A DNA stretch of 38,569 nt from a virus. The position numbers were made by a program, and so were the translations under genes. A model generated the notes under the pieces. It was given only the letters and a program-made list of their open reading frames with translations, was not told the DNA's origin and did not search any database. Below are positions 25,322 to 32,398 of this stretch, in pieces (the stretch's first letter is position 1; the number at the start of each line of letters is the position of its first letter). The stretch lies in the IMG/VR virus record IMGVR_UViG_3300046534_000937; one strand, 5' to 3'.

Positions 25322-25632
25322 GGCTTGGCCTCCCCATTGAATGCGACCTCGGCATTTTCAACAAAGTTATTCCAAAGCGCAGTCATTATTCGCGCATGGG
25401 TTGGGCTGTTTGGAGATGTGCCCGTATGACAGAGCACCGTCTCGGTGCCGCTCAGATACAAGCCGTGCATTTCCTGCGGCCCCTCTTGGTCGAATTTTTC
25501 TGCGGTAGTTTCGACACTAGACTTTGTTTGCCTCGCATGGCCGGCTGCATCAAGTGCATGGGTCGAACCCCACTTAACGCGCCCAATAGATACAGCCGCT
25601 TGCTGCATTTCTTTCAAGACGTTATCATCCAT
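25318..25632 (-). CDS. Hypothetical protein (C-terminus AFNGEAKP)
   Basis: 104 aa with an ATGA overlap downstream. Confidence 0.55.
   Translation of the reverse strand: MDDNVLKEMQQAAVSIGRVKWGSTHALDAAGHARQTKSSVETTAEKFDQEGPQEMHGLYLSGTETVLCHTGTSPNSPTHARIMTALWNNFVENAEVAFNGEAKP
25328..25345. repeat. 18-bp junction repeat, copy A (gcctccccattgaatgcg)
   Basis: Identical to 25640..25657. On the minus strand it reads CGCATTCAATGGGGAGGC, which encodes the AFNGEA tail and supplies GGGGAGG upstream of the next ATG. Confidence 0.85.
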
Positions 25633-25983
25633 TTAATTAGCCTCCCCATTGAATGCGGCCATGATGGCGGCGCGGTGGTGTGTGTTGACGGCTCTTATAG
25701 CAATATCTGCGCAGCCAGCGGCGCTCCAATTTGCAACAGTGTTCACACGCCACATAGCGCTTCCTGACAAGGATATTCGCATGGTGTATTGCAGGCCCAA
25801 ACTCATGTTGGTTCTGCGAATTAGTTTGGCCTTTGTTTTCGTCCAAACCAGCGGCGCAATCATGTCGGGCATCGCGGCAAGGATGGCGTTGGCCAAGTCA
25901 ACATCCGCAGGGGTTGGCCCTTGCCAGTTATCAACAGCGCGGTTTGCCATAATAATCTCGGCAATCTTGTCCCGCGCGCTCAT
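25633..25983 (-). CDS. Hypothetical protein (C-terminus AFNGEAN)
   Basis: 116 aa with an ATGA overlap to the upstream gene. Confidence 0.55.
   Translation of the reverse strand: MSARDKIAEIIMANRAVDNWQGPTPADVDLANAILAAMPDMIAPLVWTKTKAKLIRRTNMSLGLQYTMRISLSGSAMWRVNTVANWSAAGCADIAIRAVNTHHRAAIMAAFNGEAN
25640..25657. repeat. 18-bp junction repeat, copy B
   Basis: Identical to 25328..25345 and sits at the same relative position, the 3' end of a gene. Confidence 0.85.
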
Positions 25984-26204
25984 GCGACCGCCTCCCTAAG
26001 TGGCAAGAGCCGCGCCGCTCTGTGAGAACCCGGCACCCGTGTTAGCGCGCCCCTGACCTCCATGCGCTTAATCATCCGGCACACTGCCGAGACGGTCTTG
26101 ATTTTCATGGCGTGCGCAATCTCGGAGTGCGTCGGCATAACTCCATGCTTGGCGTGATGCGCTTCCATTGCGCGGTAACAGATTAGTTGGCCTGGTGTTA
26201 GCAT
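25980..26204 (-). CDS. LexA-N-terminal-like winged-helix DNA-binding protein lacking a peptidase domain
   Basis: From ATG 26204 (GAGGG upstream) the protein reads 'MLTPGQLICYRAMEAHHAKHGVMPTHSEIAHAMKIKTVSAVCRMIKRMEVRGALTRVPGSHRAARLL'. This parallels the LexA DBD pattern LT..Q...G..PT..EIA...G...R.RLL. It is only 74 aa. Confidence 0.65.
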   Translation of the reverse strand: MLTPGQLICYRAMEAHHAKHGVMPTHSEIAHAMKIKTVSAVCRMIKRMEVRGALTRVPGSHRAARLLPLREAVA

Positions 26205-26257
26205 ACCCTCATTCCCTTCGGTTACGTTCCTCAAACAATGCCCCAAACATGACGCGC

Positions 26258-26276
26258 CCGCAACAGCTAAATCACC
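26258..26276 (-). promoter_or_regulatory. Promoter-like motif copy 2 (GGTGATTTAGCTGTTGCGG on the minus strand)
   Basis: It lies in the 110-nt gap upstream of the LexA-DBD-like gene. The TTGCGG hexamer is about 53 nt from the ATG at 26204. Confidence 0.35.
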
Positions 26277-26287
26277 TCGGGGCCGGT

Positions 26288-26309
26288 CTACTGACATGCT
26301 ACTGACATG
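26288..26309. repeat. Perfect 11-bp tandem duplication (ctactgacatg x2)
   Basis: Read directly at 26288-26298 and 26299-26309, in the spacer just after the stop of 26315..26710. Confidence 0.85.
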
Positions 26310-26314
26310 GGCGG

Positions 26315-26710
26315 TTAAATGTCAGCTTCGTCTAAAGTAGCGCGGATTTCGTCAACTCCCAAGGCTAGCTGCTCGCCTATCCAATCGGCCTGAGCGCCAG
26401 AAATGACAAGGCTTTCGTTCCATCGCGTACTTATCCTAGAATTTTCAAACAATGTTACAGATGCAATGGGGTGTGTGTTCGTGCCCTCGTCCCTTGCTGC
26501 CATCCCGTCAGATATCCAAGCAAGCTGGCGCAACTGCGCGGCAATGAAGCGGTGCCATTCGGGGTCAATGTCCGCTTCCCCAGCATTATCTACGCGCGCC
26601 CACAATTCGGACGTGTCGGAGTTAATGAACAAATCAAGGCTCAGAAAATGAGTAGACCGGCCCTCGTCTGCGGCGGTTTTTTTGTCCTTGAAGCTGATAA
26701 CCTCGCCCAT
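26315..26710 (-). CDS. Hypothetical acidic protein
   Basis: 131 aa. The SD AGGGGAGGG lies upstream of the ATG at 26710. Confidence 0.55.
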   Translation of the reverse strand: MGEVISFKDKKTAADEGRSTHFLSLDLFINSDTSELWARVDNAGEADIDPEWHRFIAAQLRQLAWISDGMAARDEGTNTHPIASVTLFENSRISTRWNESLVISGAQADWIGEQLALGVDEIRATLDEADI

Positions 26711-26766
26711 CTACTCGCCCTCCCCTGTTCCGCGCAGGGCCTTCGATCTCGCTGTTTTTGTTTGGG

Positions 26767-26982
26767 TCACGAGAACTCACCGCAACCGTTATGGAAGTCC
26801 AGAACCTTTAGAACAAACACCGTTCGCGCATAATGATTAACGACGTCTCTCCCGCGCTCGTTTCTTAAGATAAACTCAGGGTGCCATCCGCCAGAACGAA
26901 GCCATGTCCATCCAGTGTTGGCGTCATCTACAAAGACGCGCCCGCCTCGCTTCAATGTAACTCTTTGTGCGTCACTTGTCAT
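26767..26982 (-). CDS. Hypothetical protein
   Basis: I chose the start at ATG 26982, with AAGGAAGG 8 nt upstream. The ORF-track start is 27009. Confidence 0.5.
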   Translation of the reverse strand: MTSDAQRVTLKRGGRVFVDDANTGWTWLRSGGWHPEFILRNERGRDVVNHYARTVFVLKVLDFHNGCGEFS

Positions 26983-27439
26983 TTTTATGGCCTTCCTTGC
27001 TTGGTTCACGCATCGTCTTCGGTCTCGCGTTAACCTGCGCCATTATCTCGGCTGCGGCCTCTGGCGTCACGCGCGGCAACTGTGCAGGCTCAGGGGCGCG
27101 CTGTGTGGTGCGTGCGACCTTCGCGCCACGGGCTTGCTTGAGAATGGCGAGGACGTGCCCAGGGTTCGGCTTGCGGCTTGGGTTCGCGTTCCGCCACTTG
27201 CGCAGCCCGTAGACCACCTGCTCATGCGACCAATCTTGCAGCGTGTCCATCCAGTCGGCCATGATGCCAGCCTTCAGCGCGTCGGCGGGTCGGTCCTTCC
27301 AGTATCCGTCAAGAATGACTTCCACGTCAAAAGCAATCTTCTGTCGGTGTTCGGATAAATCTTGAGGCGATAGAGATTGCGCGTGTTGTGGCGTCGGGTG
27401 CGCGATTGTTCGGGTCGTCGGTAGGTTGTTCTGGTTCAT
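26972..27439 (-). CDS. Hypothetical replication-module protein
   Basis: 155 aa directly downstream of the DUF1376 gene, overlapping it by 113 nt out of frame. Confidence 0.5.
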   Translation of the reverse strand: MNQNNLPTTRTIAHPTPQHAQSLSPQDLSEHRQKIAFDVEVILDGYWKDRPADALKAGIMADWMDTLQDWSHEQVVYGLRKWRNANPSRKPNPGHVLAILKQARGAKVARTTQRAPEPAQLPRVTPEAAAEIMAQVNARPKTMREPSKEGHKNDK

Positions 27440-28115
27440 CTGTCCATCGTCCTTGATTTAGCCACGAAGCGGCGTGCGGTATGAATTGCGGGTCTTTGCT
27501 TTGAAGTGAAGGAAGTTGCTGGGATAGTCCAAACATCACGTCGTCGGGCCGCGCCGCCTTCATGGCTTTGGCGAATGCCTTGCGCGCTGCGTCCTTCCCA
27601 ACCTTGCGAGGGTATCGGTCCCAAAACTCTGCAAAATCCGCGTCGTCAGGTTTGAGCTTTGAGGGCACAATCGCTAAGGGTACGTTAGTACCCTTTTCTC
27701 TTATTGGTTCTGGTTCTGGTTCTGGTTCTGGTTGCTTGGGCTTTGCTTGAGCATTGCTAGATGCCTTTCCCTTTGTTGCCAATGGCTTAGCTTTTCCGCC
27801 CTTAGAGCCTGCGTTCACGCGCTTAGCATGGGCCTCAGAACTTTTCGCAAATTCCGCAGACAGCCGAGCATTGCTTAGCCGCTTTCCGTCGCGCTCAAAA
27901 AACTCGCCAAGCACCGACAGAACGACCGCCCGGTCTTCGTCACAGGCGCAGCGCATTCGGCGCATTATCCAAGCGTCATCATCTGGCAAGCTACAACCTG
28001 GCATCATCCACATAAGCCGCAGTAGGCGGTTGTATGCCCCATCCTCAGCAAGGGTCAGGTGCGAAGTGTCCGCTTCAAAGTCGGTCGGATACATATTAAA
28101 GAATGGTAGGCCCAT
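27327..28115 (-). CDS. DUF1376 (YdaU-like) replication-associated protein
   Basis: The N-terminus 'FFNMYPTDFEADTSHLTLAEDGAYNRLLRLMW' is the DUF1376 signature. A (PE)4 linker follows, then 'FWDRYPRKVGKDAARKAFAKA'. Confidence 0.75.
   Translation of the reverse strand: MGLPFFNMYPTDFEADTSHLTLAEDGAYNRLLRLMWMMPGCSLPDDDAWIMRRMRCACDEDRAVVLSVLGEFFERDGKRLSNARLSAEFAKSSEAHAKRVNAGSKGGKAKPLATKGKASSNAQAKPKQPEPEPEPEPIREKGTNVPLAIVPSKLKPDDADFAEFWDRYPRKVGKDAARKAFAKAMKAARPDDVMFGLSQQLPSLQSKDPQFIPHAASWLNQGRWTDEPEQPTDDPNNRAPDATTRAISIASRFIRTPTEDCF
27706..27733. repeat. Hexanucleotide repeat (ggttct x4) encoding PEPEPEPEP
   Basis: Read directly. It lies in the linker of the DUF1376 protein. Confidence 0.85.
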
Positions 28116-28486
28116 TATGTCTTTGACCTCGCTATGGCCTTGCGGTTAACCCAGCCCCAGACCGATTTGGAAGGCTTCCGTGCCTCTCGGTGCAGCCCGT
28201 CTGGGGTGTGTCCAAACTTCTCGCAAAATTGATGCCAAGCCCAACCGTTGCTATACCCCCGACCCCTTCCGATATGCACGAGGCCAGACATGAAATCTTG
28301 CATCTCAAAATCTGATGGCGGGGCTACTGGCTCCTTAAACTCCCTAGCTACCTCTGAAGCGGAAACCGGCTCGTTTTGCATAACGTCCAGCGCCCGCCAC
28401 GCTTGCGCGTTCGTCATTCCATCCTGAATGAGTTTACCACCTGAAGTGATGCACCATCCGTCTTGTGATTTTTCTATTTTTGGCAT
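28115..28486 (-). CDS. Hypothetical protein
   Basis: 123 aa. It is the first gene after the 28.6-kb terminator, and its stop overlaps the DUF1376 start. Confidence 0.55.
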   Translation of the reverse strand: MPKIEKSQDGWCITSGGKLIQDGMTNAQAWRALDVMQNEPVSASEVAREFKEPVAPPSDFEMQDFMSGLVHIGRGRGYSNGWAWHQFCEKFGHTPDGLHREARKPSKSVWGWVNRKAIARSKT

Positions 28487-28579
28487 TTGGTCGCCCCTAT
28501 TTGGGCAGGGTCTTGATAAGCGCGGCCCCCCGTGCTACCAATAACCTGCGTTACATGCACTGACTATGCCGCACCCACG

Positions 28580-28619
28580 GCTAAAATGCAAGGCCCGAAG
28601 TTTCAACGCTTCGGGCCTT
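28580..28619 (-). terminator. Intrinsic terminator after the nuclease gene
   Basis: An 11-bp stem, aaggcccgaag (28590-28600) with cttcgggcctt (28609-28619), surrounds an 8-nt loop. On the minus strand it is followed by GCATTTTAG. Confidence 0.65.
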
Positions 28620-28621
28620 TG

Positions 28622-28906
28622 CTATTCCACAGCCTTAGCCCTCACCCGCTTTGCAAATGCGTGCGCCTCGTCGTCGGTGCGGATTATCTCATGGCACCCG
28701 TCCCAGCGCTTGAGAAACGCCACCTGCGGGGCCGTCAGCTTTCCTATGGTCGTCTTGACCTCAACTAGGTAGCTTCGCCCCCCGTAGCCCACTACAGCGT
28801 CACACGGCAGGTCCATAGGCTCGACTGTGAGTCCGTATGCTCGGAGAATGGCGAATATATCTGGCTCGTTGCCGTCTCGTTTGGCTTTGGCGGGGGGTCT
28901 GCGCAT
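28622..28906 (-). CDS. VRR-NUC / PD-(D/E)xK-type nuclease
   Basis: 94 aa. 'PCDAVVGYGGRSYLVEVKTTIGKLTAPQVAFLKRWDG' fits the pattern D...EVK...G.L...Q. Confidence 0.65.
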   Translation of the reverse strand: MRRPPAKAKRDGNEPDIFAILRAYGLTVEPMDLPCDAVVGYGGRSYLVEVKTTIGKLTAPQVAFLKRWDGCHEIIRTDDEAHAFAKRVRAKAVE

Positions 28907-28911
28907 TATAT

Positions 28912-28930
28912 GTCTAGCCCTTCTTGCGTT
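28912..28930. repeat. 19-bp direct repeat, copy A (gtctagcccttcttgcgtt)
   Basis: Identical to 29090..29108. The two copies flank the 56-codon gene 28914..29087 and are read in different frames in the two genes they end. Confidence 0.85.
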
Positions 28931-29087
28931 TAGTTATAATCTCAGTCCAACCGCCTGTGTATGGCTTGGGTTTGGTAAGCGGGTCCGCCGTCCAGTTGCT
29001 AGAATGGCCGTCATTGTTTCCCACTAGGTCCATAAGCGGCGTGTCGGTAGGGTTGAAAGCTACGATTTTGTCTTTGCGTTCGGTCAT
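28914..29087 (-). CDS. Small hypothetical protein (56 aa, N-terminus MTERKD)
   Basis: I chose the start at ATG 29087 (ATGA overlap with the MTase stop at 29084). The ORF-track N-terminal extension is R/A-rich and unlikely to be real. Confidence 0.5.
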   Translation of the reverse strand: MTERKDKIVAFNPTDTPLMDLVGNNDGHSSNWTADPLTKPKPYTGGWTEIITKRKKG

Positions 29088-29809
29088 AGGTCTAGCCCTT
29101 CTTGCGTTGGGGGTGGCGCTGGCTGCGCGACAAACAAATCCGGCTCGTCGTATGCGGCCTGCACACGTTTGCACGCAATCTCGAAGTAATCGGGGTCTAG
29201 TTCAATGCCGATGCCCTTGCGGCCCAGCTTTTGGCAGGCAACCAGCGTTGTGCCGCTGCCCATAAATGGATCTAGGATTGTTTCGGCGTGGAGGCATTCC
29301 AAAACCCAATTCATCACTGCAACGGAAACTTGGCACGGGTGCTTAGTCTTTTCTGGTGACAAATTTTTAACCTGTGGAAACTCTCGCCAATTATAACCAG
29401 CAACCATATCATTTTTGACCTTTAATGATTCTGGGTTTCTGCATTTTTGTTTAGACCTAGCTGCATCAACATCGCACCCCCAAAAACCCCAAAGCCTTGT
29501 TTGCCTCGGCAGGTTGCTTCCATAAACCCATGTCAGAACGGAATCAGGCGCGCCAAGAATGGGGCAAACCATTCGCATCATTTCCTCTGGATACTGCAAT
29601 ATCGCAGAAGGCGCGCCGTTTATCGCGCGCATAAACATTTCAAAGGCTTCTGGCGTGTCGTTGTGCGTGTTATACTTAAACCCAATCCCATACGGCGGGT
29701 CTGTCACGACGGCATCCACCTTCCCAAGCGCGGGCATGACCTCTAGGCAATCCCCCAGATACAAATCGCAGTTGCCTATCTTAACATGGCGCGTCCATGG
29801 CTCAGTCAT
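29084..29809 (-). CDS. DNA methyltransferase, DPPY-type (N6-adenine or N4-cytosine, beta class), orphan
   Basis: 'VDAVVTDPPYGIGF' is motif IV and the C-terminal 'ILDPFMGSGTTLVACQKLGRKGIGIELD' is motif I. I chose the start at ATG 29809 (ATGA overlap). Confidence 0.85.
   Translation of the reverse strand: MTEPWTRHVKIGNCDLYLGDCLEVMPALGKVDAVVTDPPYGIGFKYNTHNDTPEAFEMFMRAINGAPSAILQYPEEMMRMVCPILGAPDSVLTWVYGSNLPRQTRLWGFWGCDVDAARSKQKCRNPESLKVKNDMVAGYNWREFPQVKNLSPEKTKHPCQVSVAVMNWVLECLHAETILDPFMGSGTTLVACQKLGRKGIGIELDPDYFEIACKRVQAAYDEPDLFVAQPAPPPTQEGLDL
29090..29108. repeat. 19-bp direct repeat, copy B
   Basis: Identical to 28912..28930. On the minus strand it supplies AAGAAGGG upstream of the next ATG. 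Confidence 0.85.
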
Positions 29810-30186
29810 GATGCAGCCTCCGATATGAGCGCCTTGAGGATTGCGATTAGCCAAGCGCGGGCGGGGTTTTCTTCAAACCAACATTCGCCGTAAAGCTGCT
29901 GCGCTCCTGAAAGCCCGTTAGGCCACCAACACACCGAAACCCTCCCAACCGTGGGGTCTGTCACTATCGAAAATTGGCTAATCCCCGGCAGCACCGCATC
30001 ATGCAGCGCCTTGGCCGCGTCTAGTGAGCCTTTGTATGCGTGGCGGCAATATTCCTCTCGCATCTGCAAATTTATGTCCTGACAAGGTGTCGAGAAAACA
30101 CTCCGGTTTGCCAAGCGAAAGCCACGATTGTCCCCCGCCTCAACCTTCGCCAGCAACTCAATTAGTGCGTCTTTACGTTCAGTCAT
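29806..30186 (-). CDS. Hypothetical protein (N-terminus MTERKD)
   Basis: 126 aa starting 'MTERKDALIELLAKVEAGDNRGF'. Confidence 0.55.
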   Translation of the reverse strand: MTERKDALIELLAKVEAGDNRGFRLANRSVFSTPCQDINLQMREEYCRHAYKGSLDAAKALHDAVLPGISQFSIVTDPTVGRVSVCWWPNGLSGAQQLYGECWFEENPARAWLIAILKALISEAAS

Positions 30187-30234
30187 AATGCAGACCCCCT
30201 GCGCAGAATTTCCGTTTTTGCCTTCGTTAGCTCG

Positions 30235-30477
30235 TCATAGGTCGAAGCCGCCCTGACGCTCATTGGTCCCGTCGTCATTACCGCGCGCCGGTGTTGTGAC
30301 TGCAACCGGGCGAGGCGCAGACGTAACGCCAGAAACGGCATCTCTTTGAGCGCGGATTTCGTCGCGGTGTTCGGGGCAGGCCCACTTGTAACCGGGCTTG
30401 GATTGCGTGCTGTATTGGCCCGGAAGACGTGTGCCCCAGGTTGTGGGCTTGTGGCATATGTGGCAGGCATGGCTCAT
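30235..30477 (-). CDS. Small Cys/His zinc-finger-like protein
   Basis: 'MSHACHICHKPTTWGT...KWACPEHRDEI' carries CxxC plus CPxH. Its ATG overlaps the stop of the Cro-like gene (ATGA). Confidence 0.55.
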   Translation of the reverse strand: MSHACHICHKPTTWGTRLPGQYSTQSKPGYKWACPEHRDEIRAQRDAVSGVTSAPRPVAVTTPARGNDDGTNERQGGFDL

Positions 30478-30644
30478 TCCTTTGTCAGATAATCCGACAG
30501 CGCCTTGAGGACCGCATAGGTCGGGTTGGCGTTCCTGCCGCTGCGGATTGCCGTCAGCGTGTTGCGGTGCATTCCGGTCTTGTCAGCCACGACGCCTAGC
30601 TTGCGGTCGTGTAGCCCGTCAACGATTTCTTCTAGGGTCAGCAT
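30474..30644 (-). CDS. Cro/XRE-like HTH protein (56 aa, below the ORF-track cutoff)
   Basis: Hand translation: MLTLEEIVDGLHDRKLGVVADKTGMHRNTLTAIRSGRNANPTYAVLKALSDYLTKE. It is the first gene leftward of the divergent palindromic promoter. Confidence 0.65.
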   Translation of the reverse strand: MLTLEEIVDGLHDRKLGVVADKTGMHRNTLTAIRSGRNANPTYAVLKALSDYLTKE

Positions 30645-30671
30645 GTGGTCGCCTTTGGTTGATGTTGCACG

Positions 30672-30709
30672 TTTAGCCTATTGACTTGGGCCGGGCTTGT
30701 CAATAGATT
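30672..30709. promoter_or_regulatory. Divergent overlapping promoter pair on a palindrome (CTATTGAC-N13-GTCAATAG)
   Basis: Rightward promoter: TTTAGC-cta-TTGACT (30681-86), 17 nt, TAGATT (30704-09). Leftward promoter: TTGACA (30703-30698), 17 nt, TAGGCT (30680-75). The 8-bp inverted repeat spans 30678-85 and 30699-706. Confidence 0.5.
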
Positions 30710-30758
30710 GGGCATGCGGCGGTGGAAAACTGGCCGCACCACAACAGGGAATAGACAC

Positions 30759-31376
30759 ATGACAGAGCAACCGACCCCGGGACCAGTAGACGAGGCAATC
30801 AAGGCGCTGGTGAAGGCGCAGCAAGAAATGGGCGCGGTCCTCAAGAACGCGAAGAACTCGCACCTCAAAAGCAAATATGCGGACCTTGGGTCAGTCATTG
30901 ACGCGACGTTTCCAGCGCTCCACGCCAACGGGTTTGCGGTAATGCAGCCCGCCGGAATGGACAATATAGGACAATTTGTCGAAACGCATTTCTGCCATAT
31001 CAGCGGCAAGACATTCAGCAGCCGCATCTATCTTGTCATTGGCAAGAACGACATGCAGGGCGTTGGCTCGGCTCATACTTACGCGCGCCGCTATGGCTTG
31101 ATGGCAATGGCCGGGGTTGCGCCGGAGGATGACGACGGCGAGGCGACTAAGGCACCGAAGCGCCAAGACGCACTTCCGCCATTCGATAACGCTGCTTTCA
31201 CTGAGCGCCTGCTTAGAAGCATTCTTAGCGCGAAAACCCTGCAAAATTTGAAGGACTATTTCGCCGAGGCGCACAAGGAAAAGCAACGCCTAACAAACGA
31301 GCAGTATCAAGCGCTGATGACAGCCAAGGACGAGCGCAAAGCCGCCCTAGCGCCGCCAGTGGACGAGGGCGAATGA
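30759..31376 (+). CDS. erf: ERF-family single-strand annealing protein
   Basis: From ATG 30759. 'KNSHLKSKYADLGSVIDA' and 'GVGSAHTYARRYGLMAMAGV' are ERF signatures, and the C-terminal part is acidic. Confidence 0.8.
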   Translation: MTEQPTPGPVDEAIKALVKAQQEMGAVLKNAKNSHLKSKYADLGSVIDATFPALHANGFAVMQPAGMDNIGQFVETHFCHISGKTFSSRIYLVIGKNDMQGVGSAHTYARRYGLMAMAGVAPEDDDGEATKAPKRQDALPPFDNAAFTERLLRSILSAKTLQNLKDYFAEAHKEKQRLTNEQYQALMTAKDERKAALAPPVDEGE

Positions 31377-31810
31377 CAACCCGCACCATCCGCACCGAAA
31401 GTCAGCTCGCCGCGTGGTTTGAACACCTCAAGGTCAGGAAGTTACCTTTGACGGTAACAGCTATCAAAGGCGAGGCGCGGACCCAGCAACAGAACCGCAC
31501 GCTGCATATGTGGTTCCGGGAGATATCGCAGGAGATTGGCGACGAGGCGTCAGAGGTTAAAGGCTTCTGCAAGGGGCGATTCGGCCTGCCCATCTTGCGG
31601 CGCGACAACCCCGAGTGGATAAAGAAGTACGCGCCGATGTATATCCCGCTTAGCCATGAATTGCGGCTTGGGTTTTTTGCTATTGTGCCCATGACGCGGG
31701 ACTTTAAACTGCCTCAGATGATGGAGATAATGGACGAGGTGCAGCGCTACTATCTACAGCAGGGCATTCGGCTGACCGACCCTGACCCAATGGCGAAGGC
31801 TAGAGCATAA
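31373..31810 (+). CDS. NinB/Orf-like recombination mediator
   Basis: 145 aa. 'ARTQQQNRTLHMWFREISQEIG' parallels lambda Orf 'RSLDQNRKLWACLGDVSRQV'. It is ATGA-coupled to erf. Confidence 0.55.
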   Translation: MTTRTIRTESQLAAWFEHLKVRKLPLTVTAIKGEARTQQQNRTLHMWFREISQEIGDEASEVKGFCKGRFGLPILRRDNPEWIKKYAPMYIPLSHELRLGFFAIVPMTRDFKLPQMMEIMDEVQRYYLQQGIRLTDPDPMAKARA

Positions 31811-31881
31811 AACGCTCACCCCTACGCAAGCAAAGCAAGAAGCGCGCCGCCAAATACAAAGGGGCAGCAGGCCGCGATGCC

Positions 31882-32157
31882 TTGGACTATATGGGCGCGG
31901 TTAAGCGGCTTCCTTGCGTTGTGTGCGGTGCCAGCCCGTGCGATGCACATCACTGCTTTAACGGGCGTTACAGCACCGCAAAAGCCAGTGACTACGCCGT
32001 GATACCTCTATGCCGGGAATGCCACTTGGACGGCCCCGAGGCTATCCACCGAATCAAACGGACATGGGCCGAGAAGCACGGCCCTGACCACAGCTACATC
32101 GAACAAACCCGCCGCAATGTCGCGGCAATGCTAGGAGATACCAATGGGACAAGTTGA
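31882..32157 (+). CDS. Cys/His nuclease-like protein (DUF968/Ref- or HNH-like)
   Basis: 'LPCVVCGASPCDAHHCF...IPLCRECHLDGPEAIH'. The start is TTG 31882 or ATG 31891. Confidence 0.45.
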   Translation: MDYMGAVKRLPCVVCGASPCDAHHCFNGRYSTAKASDYAVIPLCRECHLDGPEAIHRIKRTWAEKHGPDHSYIEQTRRNVAAMLGDTNGTS

Positions 32158-32398
32158 GCAGGCGCACGCCGCAACAGGCGCGGAAGTCCGGCAGTTTATT
32201 GAGCGCTACGAGCGCCTAGAGCAGGAAAAGAAGGACATTGCCGATGGGCAGAAGGAGGTCATGGCAGAGGCAAAGGGCCGGGGATATGACCCGAAGGCAT
32301 TGCGCGCGCTGGTCAAGATCCGGGCAACCGACCCGAGCGACCTGAGCGAACAAGAGGCAATCTTGGAACTATACAAATCAGCATTGGGAATGACATAA
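32144..32398 (+). CDS. GapR-like DUF2312 DNA-binding protein
   Basis: 84 aa. '[46 protein letters not shown]...[15 protein letters not shown]' follows the DUF2312/GapR consensus closely. Confidence 0.75.
   Translation: MGQVEQAHAATGAEVRQFIERYERLEQEKKDIADGQKEVMAEAKGRGYDPKALRALVKIRATDPSDLSEQEAILELYKSALGMT

Noticed and set aside
30183-30470. A 95-aa ORF overlapping the zinc-finger gene in another frame, considered as a possible frameshift partner
   Set aside because: Its composition is R/A/P/T-rich. The zinc-finger frame ends cleanly at 30235, leaving a normal 48-nt spacer with an AGGGGG SD for the next gene. No slippery site is evident.
30638-31286. Minus-strand ORFs 30638..31027 and 30891..31286 antisense to erf, and the TTG-started N-terminal extension of erf (30681..30758)
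   Set aside because: The ERF signature is unambiguous on the plus strand. The extension would run through the promoter/operator palindrome.
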